Origin: Brevinematia bacterium
GTDB taxonomy: Bacteria; Spirochaetota; Brevinematia; DTOW01
Direction of reading: 5' to 3'
DNA: 31,454 bases
Assembly: GCA_046299455.1 (NCBI GenBank)
Contig: JBKBIJ010000001.1
Span: 1 to 31,454, forward strand
Position numbers and translations under genes: made by a program. This document shows positions 1-9,500 of the stretch, in pieces (within the stretch, counting starts at the first letter, position 1; each line of letters begins with the position of its first letter). The notes beneath the pieces are model-generated. The model searched no databases. It saw nothing but the letters and a program-made list of their open reading frames with translations, and had not been told where the DNA came from.

Positions 1-314
1 GGATCTATTGGCCTTTCGACGCATTTGTATATTCCTAGCTTGAGAATATTAACAATGTCTTTATGCATTGTATCATTCCTCAATACTATTATTGGTTTAG
101 TACTATCAAACTCTTTTATCTTTTTAATTATATCTTCCAAACGATCTCTTGGTAGATCTAATACAATTATATCTGTTTCGTTTATCAAGGGGCTTAGGTT
201 TTGGTATAACTTTGAACTTGGATTATAAACAGTAACATCTAAACCTTTGCTTTTCAAATAGGTACCTATACGATTCCCTAGGAGAAATATATTTGTTACT
301 ATGAGTACTTTCAT
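1..314 (-). CDS. Atypical response-regulator receiver (CheY-like) domain protein, 3' end runs off the window
   Basis: Not in the ORF track; my translation from ATG 314: MKVLIVTNIFLLGNRIGTYLKSKGLDVTVY...ETDIIVLDLP...KPIIVLRN...LGIYKCVERPIDP. Receiver-fold pattern; starts 2 nt after the cheX stop. Confidence 0.8.
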   Translation of the reverse strand, partial: MKVLIVTNIFLLGNRIGTYLKSKGLDVTVYNPSSKLYQNLSPLINETDIIVLDLPRDRLEDIIKKIKEFDSTKPIIVLRNDTMHKDIVNILKLGIYKCVERPID

Positions 315-316
315 AT

Positions 317-790
317 CTATGATTCCTTAAGAGCAATATTTATTTCTATTTGTCCCACAGGGGTAATTATAGGTACAACCAATGTTTCTATTTGTGGTGT
401 ATCTATTTCATAATCTTTACCAACAATAACTGTTGGAGGTGTTAGTACAAATGTGTATCCTTTTTTGTATAATTTTGTTATTGCGTTACCTACTACCATG
501 TTACCTAATTCGCCAAGTGCTGATTTTTCATAATCTCCTATTTGGTCCAGAGATTTTATATCTGAGGATGTCATCTTTGATAAGACCATAGTTGCAGTGC
601 TTTCGTTCATATCTATTATTACTCTACCGTTAGCAGGCCCTGTTATACCTAGTATTATACTAACTGAATTCGTAAGAGAAATGCCTTTCTTGAGAAAAAG
701 TTCTCCTCTCTTTATATCGTCAGTTTTCAATATTTCTGATAATATCTCAAAAGTTGATTCTATGAAAGGATTTATGTACTCTATCCTCAT
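317..790 (-). CDS. cheX: Chemotaxis phosphatase CheX
   Basis: MRIEYINPF start, GITG..GR motif, E-x2-N catalytic motif (ELGN), C-terminal TPPTVIVG; adjacent to cheW. Confidence 0.9.
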   Translation of the reverse strand: MRIEYINPFIESTFEILSEILKTDDIKRGELFLKKGISLTNSVSIILGITGPANGRVIIDMNESTATMVLSKMTSSDIKSLDQIGDYEKSALGELGNMVVGNAITKLYKKGYTFVLTPPTVIVGKDYEIDTPQIETLVVPIITPVGQIEINIALKES

Positions 791-792
791 TA

Positions 793-1260
793 CTACCTCC
801 TGAAAGATCTGTAGAATCCTACATTTGCTTTTTCTATGTACTTAACAATATTTTCCATATCTAGAACTCCTACCAAACTACCCAATTCCTTAACATCAAC
901 AAAAAATTTTATAAATTTAACATCTTTCCAAATATTTTCAGTATAACTTTTTATACTTTCATCTCCTGCATACACTACTTTATATATTTTATCTACAAAC
1001 AAACAAAACTTTTTTTCAAAGACTCCACACAAAACAACATTCTGAAGAATTTTATCTTTAAATTCACCTTTTAAGTTAAATAGTACGGTACCTAAATTAA
1101 ACACAGGAATTATTTCTCCTCTTATATTGACAAGACCTATTGTAAAACTAGGAACCTTTGGAACAATAAAAAACTCTTTCTGGGTTATTATCTCAGATAT
1201 ATAGCTTATTTCTATACCAAAGAGTTTATTATTTACACTCACAGGTATTATTGATATCAT
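793..1260 (-). CDS. cheW: Chemotaxis adaptor CheW-domain protein
   Basis: FGIEISYISEI, VPKVPSFTIGLVNIRGEIIPVFNL and LFVDKI are CheW signature segments. Confidence 0.85.
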   Translation of the reverse strand: MISIIPVSVNNKLFGIEISYISEIITQKEFFIVPKVPSFTIGLVNIRGEIIPVFNLGTVLFNLKGEFKDKILQNVVLCGVFEKKFCLFVDKIYKVVYAGDESIKSYTENIWKDVKFIKFFVDVKELGSLVGVLDMENIVKYIEKANVGFYRSFRR

Positions 1261-2459
1261 CTATACGACAAAACTATTATAAAAGATTTTTCTAAAATCT
1301 TTCTATAAATTACAGATTCTGTTTCAAAAATGTAACTTCGTTTCAAGTTCTTAATACATACCAAACTTCCATTTAAAATAACAAATAATATTCTGTCTTA
1401 AAAACTAAAGAAATATAAATTTACTAAAGATATGTAAAAAACAACTTATACTTTCGTTTTACTAATTAACATCAAATTCTCATCCAAGAGAGTGAGAATG
1501 TTTCAAAAATGATATTTTTCATTTAAAGACATCCAAGATATATACAGTAAATTGAATAAATCCTTAAAAAAGCATATTCCTCTAAGAAACTAACATTCCT
1601 AAAAATTATGGGACAGAAATAAGGATGTTTCAAAAATACTTTAATAATTAAAGATGTTCAAAAGTGTATTTAAGAAAAAAGAATAACTCTTTAAGAAAGT
1701 TTATATCTCAAAAACTACCTTCAGAAGTTACGTAAAAAATACCAATTATCCAAATAGGTTGTATGAAGGAACTTTAGAAGAAAGTTTGAGATATTTAATC
1801 TTTACAAAACACAACCTTTTAGATGTAGTTTATTAATATTATCCTCACTCAGAAAGAAGAGGATGCTTCTTCAATACTTAATGAGTTATAAGAAGTAGGG
1901 AAAATCTATAGAAAACCCTTAGCTTAATTGCTACGAAAAGTTAACTTTATTTAGAAGTTATACAAACGGAAGTATCATAAGATAGATTCTATAATAGTCT
2001 TAGAAATGATAAGAGAAAAAAAGAGGTCAATAAATTCAATTTATGACACAATCTTAGTCATAATTTCGTATATAAACTTGAGAGATAAAGGGAGAAGCTA
2101 ACAGAGAGTATGAGTATTATGTTTAGAACTTTTTACATAGCCTTGGTATAAAAAATATTCCTTAGGAATTCAATAACTTCTTAAGTGTACAAAGCTCCAA
2201 GAAAATATTATTTTTGGGAAGTTATGGAATAGAAGTAACTGTAATATCGACTTATGAGTAAATTGTAAAAATGAATAAGTGTTCTAAGTTTATATAAAAT
2301 TCCAGGAATACTCACTAAGAAACTACCATTCTTTAGAAGTTATAGAACATAAATACACCAAGAGAGTTTATATGGATAGTTTTTAAAGTCTCAAGAGAGT
2401 TATCTATCTTTTAGTAAAAAAATCTAATTTATTACGAAAATAATAAAGAGGTAAGAAGT
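1261..2459 (+). repeat. Cluster of degenerate dispersed-repeat (MITE-like) copies
   Basis: Left-terminus motif TGTTTCAAAAAT near 1320, 1499 and 1626; CTAAAAATTATGGGACAGAAAT near 1600; TTATCCAAATAGGTTGT near 1747; GAAGTTATGGAATAGAAGTA at 2218-2237; GAAGTTATAGAACATAAATACAC near 2337. No ORF in the track. Confidence 0.75.
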
Positions 2460-3320
2460 ATGGTAAGGGGGATATACACTGGTGCATCCGGAATGATAGC
2501 TCAACTTGATAATATAAACACTATAGCAAATAACCTAGCTAATATAAATACAACCTCATACAAAAGAGAAATAACTTTGTTTAAAGCATTTCCTGAAATG
2601 TTAGCAAGGAGAATTAATGATAACGGTATTGTTACTTTTCCATTGGGATCTTACGATAGAGCACCAGTAGTTGGCAAGTTTGGCACTGGGGTTGAAATCA
2701 ATGAAGTTCAAACTATATTTGATCAAGGATCTCTTAAACAAACAGAAAATCATTTTGATTTAGCGTTGGAAGGAGAAGGATTCTTTGTGGTTGAAACACC
2801 TGAGGGAATAAAATTAACTAGAAATGGTTCATTTAAAATAAGTAATGATAACTATTTAGTGACAAAGGAAGGTTTCAAAGTACTAGGTGAGAATGGGTAT
2901 ATAAGAGTAAAAATTGGTAATTTTAAGGTAGACAAGCAAGGGAACATTTTGATAGACCCAAACCATGATCCTTCAATTTTAGATGAATTTGTATCAACAG
3001 ACAGAAGTGATATAAAAGATCAGGAAATTATAGATAGAATAATGATAGTTAATGTGGATTTCCCAAGATACCTAAAAAAGGAAGGTCATTCCTACTATGT
3101 TATAACTGAACTCTCAGGTGAGATGAAGATATTAGATGGTCAAAAAAGACCTAAAGTACATCAAGGATTCCTTGAGGTATCAAATGTCAATCCCGTTATA
3201 GAAATGGTAAAAATGATATCAGCGGAAAGAACATATGAAGCTAATTCTAAAACTATACAAACCCATGATTCTCTATTAGGAAGGAGCGTAAATGAGGTAG
3301 GTAAAGGACTAAGTGCTTAA
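2460..3320 (+). CDS. flgF: Flagellar basal-body rod protein (FlgF/FlhO type; FlgG paralog not excluded)
   Basis: MVRGIYTGASGM...ANNLANINTT, DLALEGEGFF, TRNGSF, QGFLEVSNVNPVIEMVKMI: flagellar rod/hook N- and C-terminal motifs. Confidence 0.8.
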   Translation: MVRGIYTGASGMIAQLDNINTIANNLANINTTSYKREITLFKAFPEMLARRINDNGIVTFPLGSYDRAPVVGKFGTGVEINEVQTIFDQGSLKQTENHFDLALEGEGFFVVETPEGIKLTRNGSFKISNDNYLVTKEGFKVLGENGYIRVKIGNFKVDKQGNILIDPNHDPSILDEFVSTDRSDIKDQEIIDRIMIVNVDFPRYLKKEGHSYYVITELSGEMKILDGQKRPKVHQGFLEVSNVNPVIEMVKMISAERTYEANSKTIQTHDSLLGRSVNEVGKGLSA

Positions 3321-3876
3321 TAAAATCTGATATTTGCTTATAGAAGAGCTTAGTTATTTCAACGGAGATAAATCCAAGTAAAATGCCGATCAATACATCA
3401 GTTAAATAATGAACTCCTAAGTATATTCTTGATAGCCCTACCATTATGGCAAAAAATAATATTATAAATGCAGGTACAATAAAAAATTGTATTGTTACAA
3501 AAAATAATACAAAAATTGCAGCTGTGTGACCTGAAGGAAACGAATACCTATCAGGTGGTACTATAAGCCTTTTTATGGTTTGCCTATAATTTATATAAGG
3601 CCTTTTCCTAGCAACTATATATTTTATAATTTTCTGCAAGATAGTTTGAACAATCAATGAAACAGATAACAAAACACCAAAATCTAGATTAACAAAAATT
3701 AGAATAAAAACCGATAATAAAGTTAAAACCCACCAATCAGCTAATCTGGAAATTAACTTAAAAAATACTGTTATATAATTTCTCCTTATAGTGGCTAGTT
3801 TTGAGATGAACCAAAAATCAAACTTACCAATGAACGAAAATTTTCTTGATAAGTAACTTTTAAATCCCTTTAACAT
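3253..3876 (-). CDS. PAP2-family membrane phosphatase (undecaprenyl-PP/phospholipid phosphatase-like)
   Basis: All three PAP2 motifs: K(x6)RP (KYIVARKRP), PSGH, SR(x5)H(x3)D (SRIYLGVHYLTD). Confidence 0.9.
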   Translation of the reverse strand: MLKGFKSYLSRKFSFIGKFDFWFISKLATIRRNYITVFFKLISRLADWWVLTLLSVFILIFVNLDFGVLLSVSLIVQTILQKIIKYIVARKRPYINYRQTIKRLIVPPDRYSFPSGHTAAIFVLFFVTIQFFIVPAFIILFFAIMVGLSRIYLGVHYLTDVLIGILLGFISVEITKLFYKQISDFIKHLVLYLPHLRSFLIENHGFV

Positions 3877-3879
3877 AAC

Positions 3880-4212
3880 TTACTTAAATGATTTTACAGC
3901 TTCGTCAACAGATTCAGAATAATGAAATAAACTTTCAAGTTCAACGAGTTTTAATACTTTCCTTATATTTTGTCCAACGTTTGCGAGTCTTATACCACCA
4001 TTATTAGATGTAGTTCTTCTAAGAGATGAAATAAGAACTCTCATACCACTACTTGAGAGATGCTGTACGTCCGTAAAATCGAAAACTATCTTGTTTACAT
4101 TAGAATCTATTATGCTATTGACTTGCTTTTCCAATTCAAGGGCAGATTGAACATCTATTCTACCACTTAACCTTATTATAGAAACATCGCCAACCCTATC
4201 TACCTTAAACAT
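3880..4212 (-). CDS. STAS-domain anti-sigma-factor antagonist
   Basis: RLSGRID, IVFDFTDVQHLSSSGMRVL with the phosphorylatable Ser, 110 aa; strong RBS (AGGAGG). Confidence 0.9.
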   Translation of the reverse strand: MFKVDRVGDVSIIRLSGRIDVQSALELEKQVNSIIDSNVNKIVFDFTDVQHLSSSGMRVLISSLRRTTSNNGGIRLANVGQNIRKVLKLVELESLFHYSESVDEAVKSFK

Positions 4213-4230
4213 TTCAAAACCTCCTTTTTT

Positions 4231-4260
4231 AGTATAATGAAATTTTCGCTACCTTTTCAA
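4231..4260 (-). promoter_or_regulatory. Putative sigma70 promoter for the STAS gene
   Basis: Minus strand TTGAAA-N18-TATACT just upstream of the AGGAGG RBS. Confidence 0.45.
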
Positions 4261-4268
4261 GGTATTTA

Positions 4269-6173
4269 TTACCTGAGAGGTTCAAATATTTTACCACCGC
4301 CTCTGAAAAATTTAGTAAAGAATTCGTAAAAACTCAACCTTAATGCCTGTATACCAACTACAAGTCCTTCGAAAACAATGATAAAGATCTGGCCAAATAC
4401 AACTACTACAAATGAAAGGATATCACCAATGACACTACCTTTTAGAACTTCCGCTATTGAAAAAAACGTTATCATTAGAGCGACATGGTTTATAGCAAAA
4501 CCCGCTATTCTTATAAATGATAATGTGTTACTTATAAACGATATAAATACTTCAAAAAGCTCAAAAAATACGGATGCAAACGAAACATTATGACCGTGTC
4601 TTTTTGATTCTACTATAGATTCAATTGTAAACATAATAATAGGAACAATCAACCCGATAAGCATAAAATTTATATTCAATTGCCCTCCATAAATAAGAAA
4701 ATATAGAGGATATCCGACTAAAAAAGTGTAGAAGACTAATCCTGCTATTCCTTTACTACCCATAACTAATTTCAACCAATTCTTTTCAATCACAGTGTTA
4801 ATAACATTAATAATCAATCCGATCAATATAACTACAAAACCTATTATAACGGAAATTTTCATTATTTCTATAACATCATGTAGTGGGGAAATCCACATAG
4901 TTGGTATTATTTTCCCTTCTATACCAAAAACAGAACCATAGAGAAAACCAAATATTGCTGCAGAAATCCCTACAGCTATACCTAAACCAGAAATGACTCT
5001 AAAATTTTTAAACTTCAAAAATAATAAAAACGAAACTAAAGACAAAACTAATCCTTGACCTATATCACCAAACATCATACCATAGAATATAACATATAGG
5101 AAAGAGAATATAATTGTAGGATCTATTTCGTAAAATCTAGGAATCGAATATAGCTTTACCAAAGATTCAAAAGGGTGTAATATTTTAGGATTTGAAAGTT
5201 TAGTAGGGACTTGAATAGATTTTCTAGATTTAGCCAGTTTTTCTGCATCGTTAACTTCTATAACACATGTGTCTTTCGTTATCTCAGTTATTTTTCTAAC
5301 TATTTCTTTCTCATATTTCTTAGGTATCCATCCAGAGAAGACTAAAAATTTACCACCTTTTATGGATTGGGACTTTATCTTCATTGAACTATTAATAAAC
5401 CATAACCCTTTGTAAAGCGTTATTATTTCATCCGTATTTGTTTCTATTATCTTTTCTATTACTGATTTTAGCTTTTTCTTCTCTACTTCTATCTCCTTAA
5501 GTCTTCTATCTATTTCTTTGATATCATCCTGTTCATTAACTATTTCATCTATGTTTATGATCTTTATGAAAGAAGTTGAAAGCTTTAAGATTTCGTTTTT
5601 GTAGGACTTAGGTAGAGATATAAGAATAACCTTCAATTCACCAAACGATTCAATTTCTTTTATAACGCTAGGAAACTCGGACAAAACCTTTGAAATAGGA
5701 TCATATTCGTATTTTGTTATGACAAGCAAAGCTACAAAAAACTCTTTTGATACACCCTTTATATTCATTTCTTCTTTAATAGTATGTTTAAGTTTTCTTA
5801 TTCTTAGTTCTATTTCTTCTTTGTCCAAATTTTCTAGAATTGAGTAAGATGAATAGAATTCATTTTCTGCTTTAAGGAGTCTTGACTCAATCTCACCGAT
5901 TGACAAGGGTTCTCTAAAATTTAGGGTTTCTTTTATTTTGTTTTCATCAATTTTCATATTTACAGCTAGTTTATCTAGCCTCAACTTAATTTTTGAAAAT
6001 ATTTCCGCTTCATTGTTTTCTTTTTCACCTAGCTTTGAAATGTTTTCAACACCTTTGATATCAACTTTTTTTACCTCAAATTCCCCAAACTTTATTAAGT
6101 AATCAGAAATCTCCTTTAAGTAATCTTCAACGGTCAAAATATTTATCTCTACCATTCTTTCAGGGAAAAACAT
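4269..6173 (-). CDS. ntpI: V/A-type ATPase subunit I (a)
   Basis: 634 aa; PFESLVKLYSIP, DPT, FYGMMFGDIGQG, SNTLSFIRI (essential Arg), QALRLSFYEFFTKFF. Confidence 0.92.
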   Translation of the reverse strand: MFFPERMVEINILTVEDYLKEISDYLIKFGEFEVKKVDIKGVENISKLGEKENNEAEIFSKIKLRLDKLAVNMKIDENKIKETLNFREPLSIGEIESRLLKAENEFYSSYSILENLDKEEIELRIRKLKHTIKEEMNIKGVSKEFFVALLVITKYEYDPISKVLSEFPSVIKEIESFGELKVILISLPKSYKNEILKLSTSFIKIINIDEIVNEQDDIKEIDRRLKEIEVEKKKLKSVIEKIIETNTDEIITLYKGLWFINSSMKIKSQSIKGGKFLVFSGWIPKKYEKEIVRKITEITKDTCVIEVNDAEKLAKSRKSIQVPTKLSNPKILHPFESLVKLYSIPRFYEIDPTIIFSFLYVIFYGMMFGDIGQGLVLSLVSFLLFLKFKNFRVISGLGIAVGISAAIFGFLYGSVFGIEGKIIPTMWISPLHDVIEIMKISVIIGFVVILIGLIINVINTVIEKNWLKLVMGSKGIAGLVFYTFLVGYPLYFLIYGGQLNINFMLIGLIVPIIMFTIESIVESKRHGHNVSFASVFFELFEVFISFISNTLSFIRIAGFAINHVALMITFFSIAEVLKGSVIGDILSFVVVVFGQIFIIVFEGLVVGIQALRLSFYEFFTKFFRGGGKIFEPLR

Positions 6174-6184
6174 ACATCTCCTCC

Positions 6185-7174
6185 TTACAGAACCAGAAGC
6201 TGCCGTACTTTTTCAAACTCAAAACCACTTACAATACCACCTATTATCGAAAAATAGTTCTTCATATCAATTTCTCTGAGAATCATCATTGCTATAGTTG
6301 TTGAAGGATCCATAGGATTACTGATTATTAAGTTTCTACACTTCACCTTTAGCAAAGTATTCTTAAACCTATCTATATCATCTAAATCTACAATCACGAA
6401 ATTTGGTGGTATCACTTTATAATCTATACACTTTTTTATAAAGCTTTCTTTACCGGGTAGCAAAATGTTCATTAAGACTTCTTGATCACCACCTAAAAAG
6501 CTAACATTATTGATATATTTCATTATATCAATTCCAGACAAAAAACTGACTTTTGCAAACATTAACAGAATTTCGTAAAAAGCTTTTATCTTTAGCAAGC
6601 TTACTAGGTTATACCCAAACTTTGTTTTATTTTCAAACAATTTTCTATAGTAAACTATACTAGAGTAAACTAATAAATCATTTATATTCTCTAACGATAA
6701 CGTTTTAAGAGTATCCCTTAGGAGTTTATTATTTATTTTATTACGAGAAAGTGTTTCAAAGTATAGTGCTTTAATTTGATCTATACTTTCTAAACTAAGA
6801 ATATTTTCTCTAGATGATACTGTTGAGTAATCGAAAAGGAATAAGTCTTTTTCTGGGTAACCACTTAGCTTTGCTCTGATTAGAGTGTTTAAGTTATAAA
6901 ATTCATAAGCAAGCATGTAAGAATGTATTAGGTTTTTAATGTCCCAGTCACTTATGAAATCCAGCATTCTTTTTGCAAAAGTGATAGGGATGTTAAATAT
7001 ATACTTTCTGACTTCATCAAAGTTTAACTTTTTCTTTTCGAATTTTAAAAAAACATTTTCAACAGCATCCACAGAAAAACTAGATAAAATATCTATCATC
7101 TCTGTACTTGTTGTTTTATAAAACTCGTTGCGTATACGGGGCATTAACTGAGACATTGGTGTTAAATAACTCAT
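6185..7174 (-). CDS. ntpC: V/A-type ATPase subunit C (d/AC39 family)
   Basis: YEFYNLNTLIRAK and LREIDMKNYFSIIGG resemble subunit C motifs; directly upstream of subunit I. The track start (TTG 7231) lies inside a repeat terminus, so ATG 7174 is preferred. Confidence 0.7.
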   Translation of the reverse strand: MSYLTPMSQLMPRIRNEFYKTTSTEMIDILSSFSVDAVENVFLKFEKKKLNFDEVRKYIFNIPITFAKRMLDFISDWDIKNLIHSYMLAYEFYNLNTLIRAKLSGYPEKDLFLFDYSTVSSRENILSLESIDQIKALYFETLSRNKINNKLLRDTLKTLSLENINDLLVYSSIVYYRKLFENKTKFGYNLVSLLKIKAFYEILLMFAKVSFLSGIDIMKYINNVSFLGGDQEVLMNILLPGKESFIKKCIDYKVIPPNFVIVDLDDIDRFKNTLLKVKCRNLIISNPMDPSTTIAMMILREIDMKNYFSIIGGIVSGFEFEKVRQLLVL

Positions 7175-7231
7175 GGAAGAATTATGATTTTTAAAACTAA
7201 CTTTTTTCAAACTTCCTCGATTATGTTTCAA

Positions 7232-7864
7232 AACATCACTTTACTTCTTAAAAGTGTTTAAAGACACGTCTAAGAATTGGGATAACTTTTTAGAAAATCC
7301 AACTATTCCTCTTCCAACTACTTCAAATAATTACTTTTCTCTAGAATTATGGAATATTAATACCATAAGAATAACTTACTTAACAGCTTTTAGAAAAGAT
7401 AAGTAAAAGAAAATACTTTGGTAATGGTGAAGTCTTCCAAGAACCACTGCTCCAAAAAACTACCTTCCTAAGAGATTGTGAAACAGAAATACTATTAAGA
7501 GTACTTATCTTAATATATGTTTATAGATACTTCTGAAGTCTGCCACTCTAAAAACTCCTTATCCTTGGAAGTTATGTAAAATGAATACCATAAGAAAATT
7601 TATCAGGACACTTTGTAAAAGAGGTGTTTCAAAAATTACCTTTCTAACTAAAAGTATTTGAGAATGTGTCCGATTAAATTCAATAACCTCTTATCTATCA
7701 CTCTAAGAAAATATCATTACTTAAGAGATTATAGAACAAAAAGTACTAATTTTCCAAATAGGTTTCAGTAAAGAAAGAGAAAAAAGATGGTCTTACAAAG
7801 CGGACAAAGTATTCCTTATTTCTTCTATGTAACCTAATACCAAAATCAATTATCATATAAAGTT
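7232..7864 (+). repeat. Cluster of degenerate dispersed-repeat copies
   Basis: CTAGAATTATGGAATATTAATACCATAAG near 7342; AAAAACTACCTTCC near 7455; GAAGTTATGTAAAATGAATACCATAAG near 7568; left terminus GAGGTGTTTCAAAAATTACCTTTCTA near 7621; TTTCCAAATAGGTTT near 7751. Confidence 0.7.
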
Positions 7865-8266
7865 ATGAAGAAAACTTTAGGTATACTCATAGTAATTTTA
7901 TTACTGCTAACATTACAAGTATACTCACAACCTAAATTTAGGACGGAATTTCCAAGATTAAAAAAGGTTATTCAAGAATTAGATTTGTCAGATGAGCAAA
8001 GGAAAGAAATAATCAGAATACTACACAACAGTATTCAAGAGATAAAAAATATAAGAACTCAAATATCCAAGCTTAAAAAAGAAAATATTGAAATTTTAAA
8101 ATCTTACCCACCAGATAAAGAAAAGTTCTTGAAAAACCAAGAAAAAATATCAGAACTTCTTGGAGAAATTTACTTAATTAGATCAAAGGATCTAGTGAAA
8201 ATAATCTCTATACTCAATGAAACCCAATACGAAAAATTTATTCAAAAAATATACCTATATGAATAA
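7865..8266 (+). CDS. Secreted Spy/CpxP-family (LTxxQ) periplasmic protein
   Basis: N-terminal signal peptide, two LTxxQ-like motifs (LDLSDEQ, ILNETQ), helical charged core. Confidence 0.75.
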   Translation: MKKTLGILIVILLLLTLQVYSQPKFRTEFPRLKKVIQELDLSDEQRKEIIRILHNSIQEIKNIRTQISKLKKENIEILKSYPPDKEKFLKNQEKISELLGEIYLIRSKDLVKIISILNETQYEKFIQKIYLYE

Positions 8267-8937
8267 TTGGTTTACTTTTAAAAACCTTAGTTTTTCACTA
8301 ACTTTTTCCTTTTTCCCGATATTCCTATATCCTTCATTGGTAGAAGGATTATCCCTGGATACCCCTTTAAAAATTATTTTCCTCTTCTCAAATTTCCTTA
8401 CAACTTAATAATAACTCAAATTCATAGCTAAGATTTTACAATACCTTTTTTATCTTTGCTTGCATATTATTGAGTTCAAATAAGACATTTACCACATAAA
8501 TAACTCTTAAACTACAAAAAACTATAATCATCAAAGTTATTAGAATACTTTTTACTAAGTTTATTGGGGTAGAAAATCATTAATTGTTTTTTGATTTAAA
8601 TCAACTACTAAATGTGGGCGTTAAATTTAGACTCATAAAAAAATTTAGGTTGTTTATTAGCAAAAATTACCAAAAGATATAAAACTACTATTCTTAAGAA
8701 AATTAATATCATTGTATGTAAGTACAAAAATTCTCAAAACAACTTTCAAATAATGTGGGGAAAATTAGATTCCTTAGAAAAGGAATGACACTATATATTA
8801 ACTAGAGAATTATGGACTGAAATTACCATCATAAGTGGAGTTGGAACTAAAATATTCTTACGTTGAAACAATAAAACCACCATCCTTAAGAGTTAATATT
8901 TCTACTGATTTACAAGAATCCTCAAAATGACTTAAAA

Positions 8938-9113
8938 ATGTTAAAAAATAATATTTCCTATTTGAAATCCAATAAATCCTTAAAAAACCTATTGCTTTAA
9001 TAAAATAATACTCCTAAAAAATTATGGTGTAGAAACACCAAAGCAAACTTAACTGAATGAGTTATAAGGAAGAACGTAGAAAAAAAGAAGATAGGAAATT
9101 GGGTTTATTACAA
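8938..9113 (+). mobile_element. Near-complete MITE-like repeat unit (~176 bp)
   Basis: Left end ATGTTAAAAAATAATATTTCCTA; internal AATAAATCCTTAAAAAA and CTCCTAAAAAATTATGG; right end TAGGAAATTGGGTTTATTAC (9092-9111), roughly inverted to the left end. Confidence 0.6.
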
Positions 9114-9500
9114 AACCTCAAAATGAATTTCAAGTAGTGGAAAAGGTTAAACCTTTTAGGGAAAGAATAACATTATGTATTAGCTTGGAGATTAAGGAAT
9201 ATGAAACCACTTTCATTAATAGAATTAAAACATTATTGCATTTAAGGGATTAAAAATTTCTGAAATTGGGTTTTGGATAGAAGTAAAATGTTACTTTTAA
9301 TTTTTCATTCTCTTAGGAGAATGTTTTCTGTATCTGGGTAAGAACTAATAAGCTACTATTACTAATAGAATCTGAATATTTCCTTTAGCAGAGGATAAGT
9401 TATAGAAAAATATGTTTGTACTTTTTGACAACTTCAAGAGAGAAAAAATTAATTAGGTACGAAATTACCATAGTTAAGAGATTTAGTATATTGTATGTAG

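Noticed and set aside
2415-2441. Sigma28 promoter upstream of flgF
   Set aside because: TAAA...TACGAAAA matches TAAA-N15-GCCGATAA too weakly and the spacing is off.
7175-7231. N-terminal extension of the V-ATPase C ORF from TTG 7231
   Set aside because: It begins inside the repeat terminus (TGTTTCAAAA) and is low-complexity; ATG 7174 fits the family length better.
9040-9070. Sharp local C-rich to G-rich switch as oriC evidence
   Set aside because: It falls inside a repeat unit whose left half is C-rich and right half G-rich; similar flips occur in other repeat clusters. No DnaA-box cluster or dnaA gene is present.
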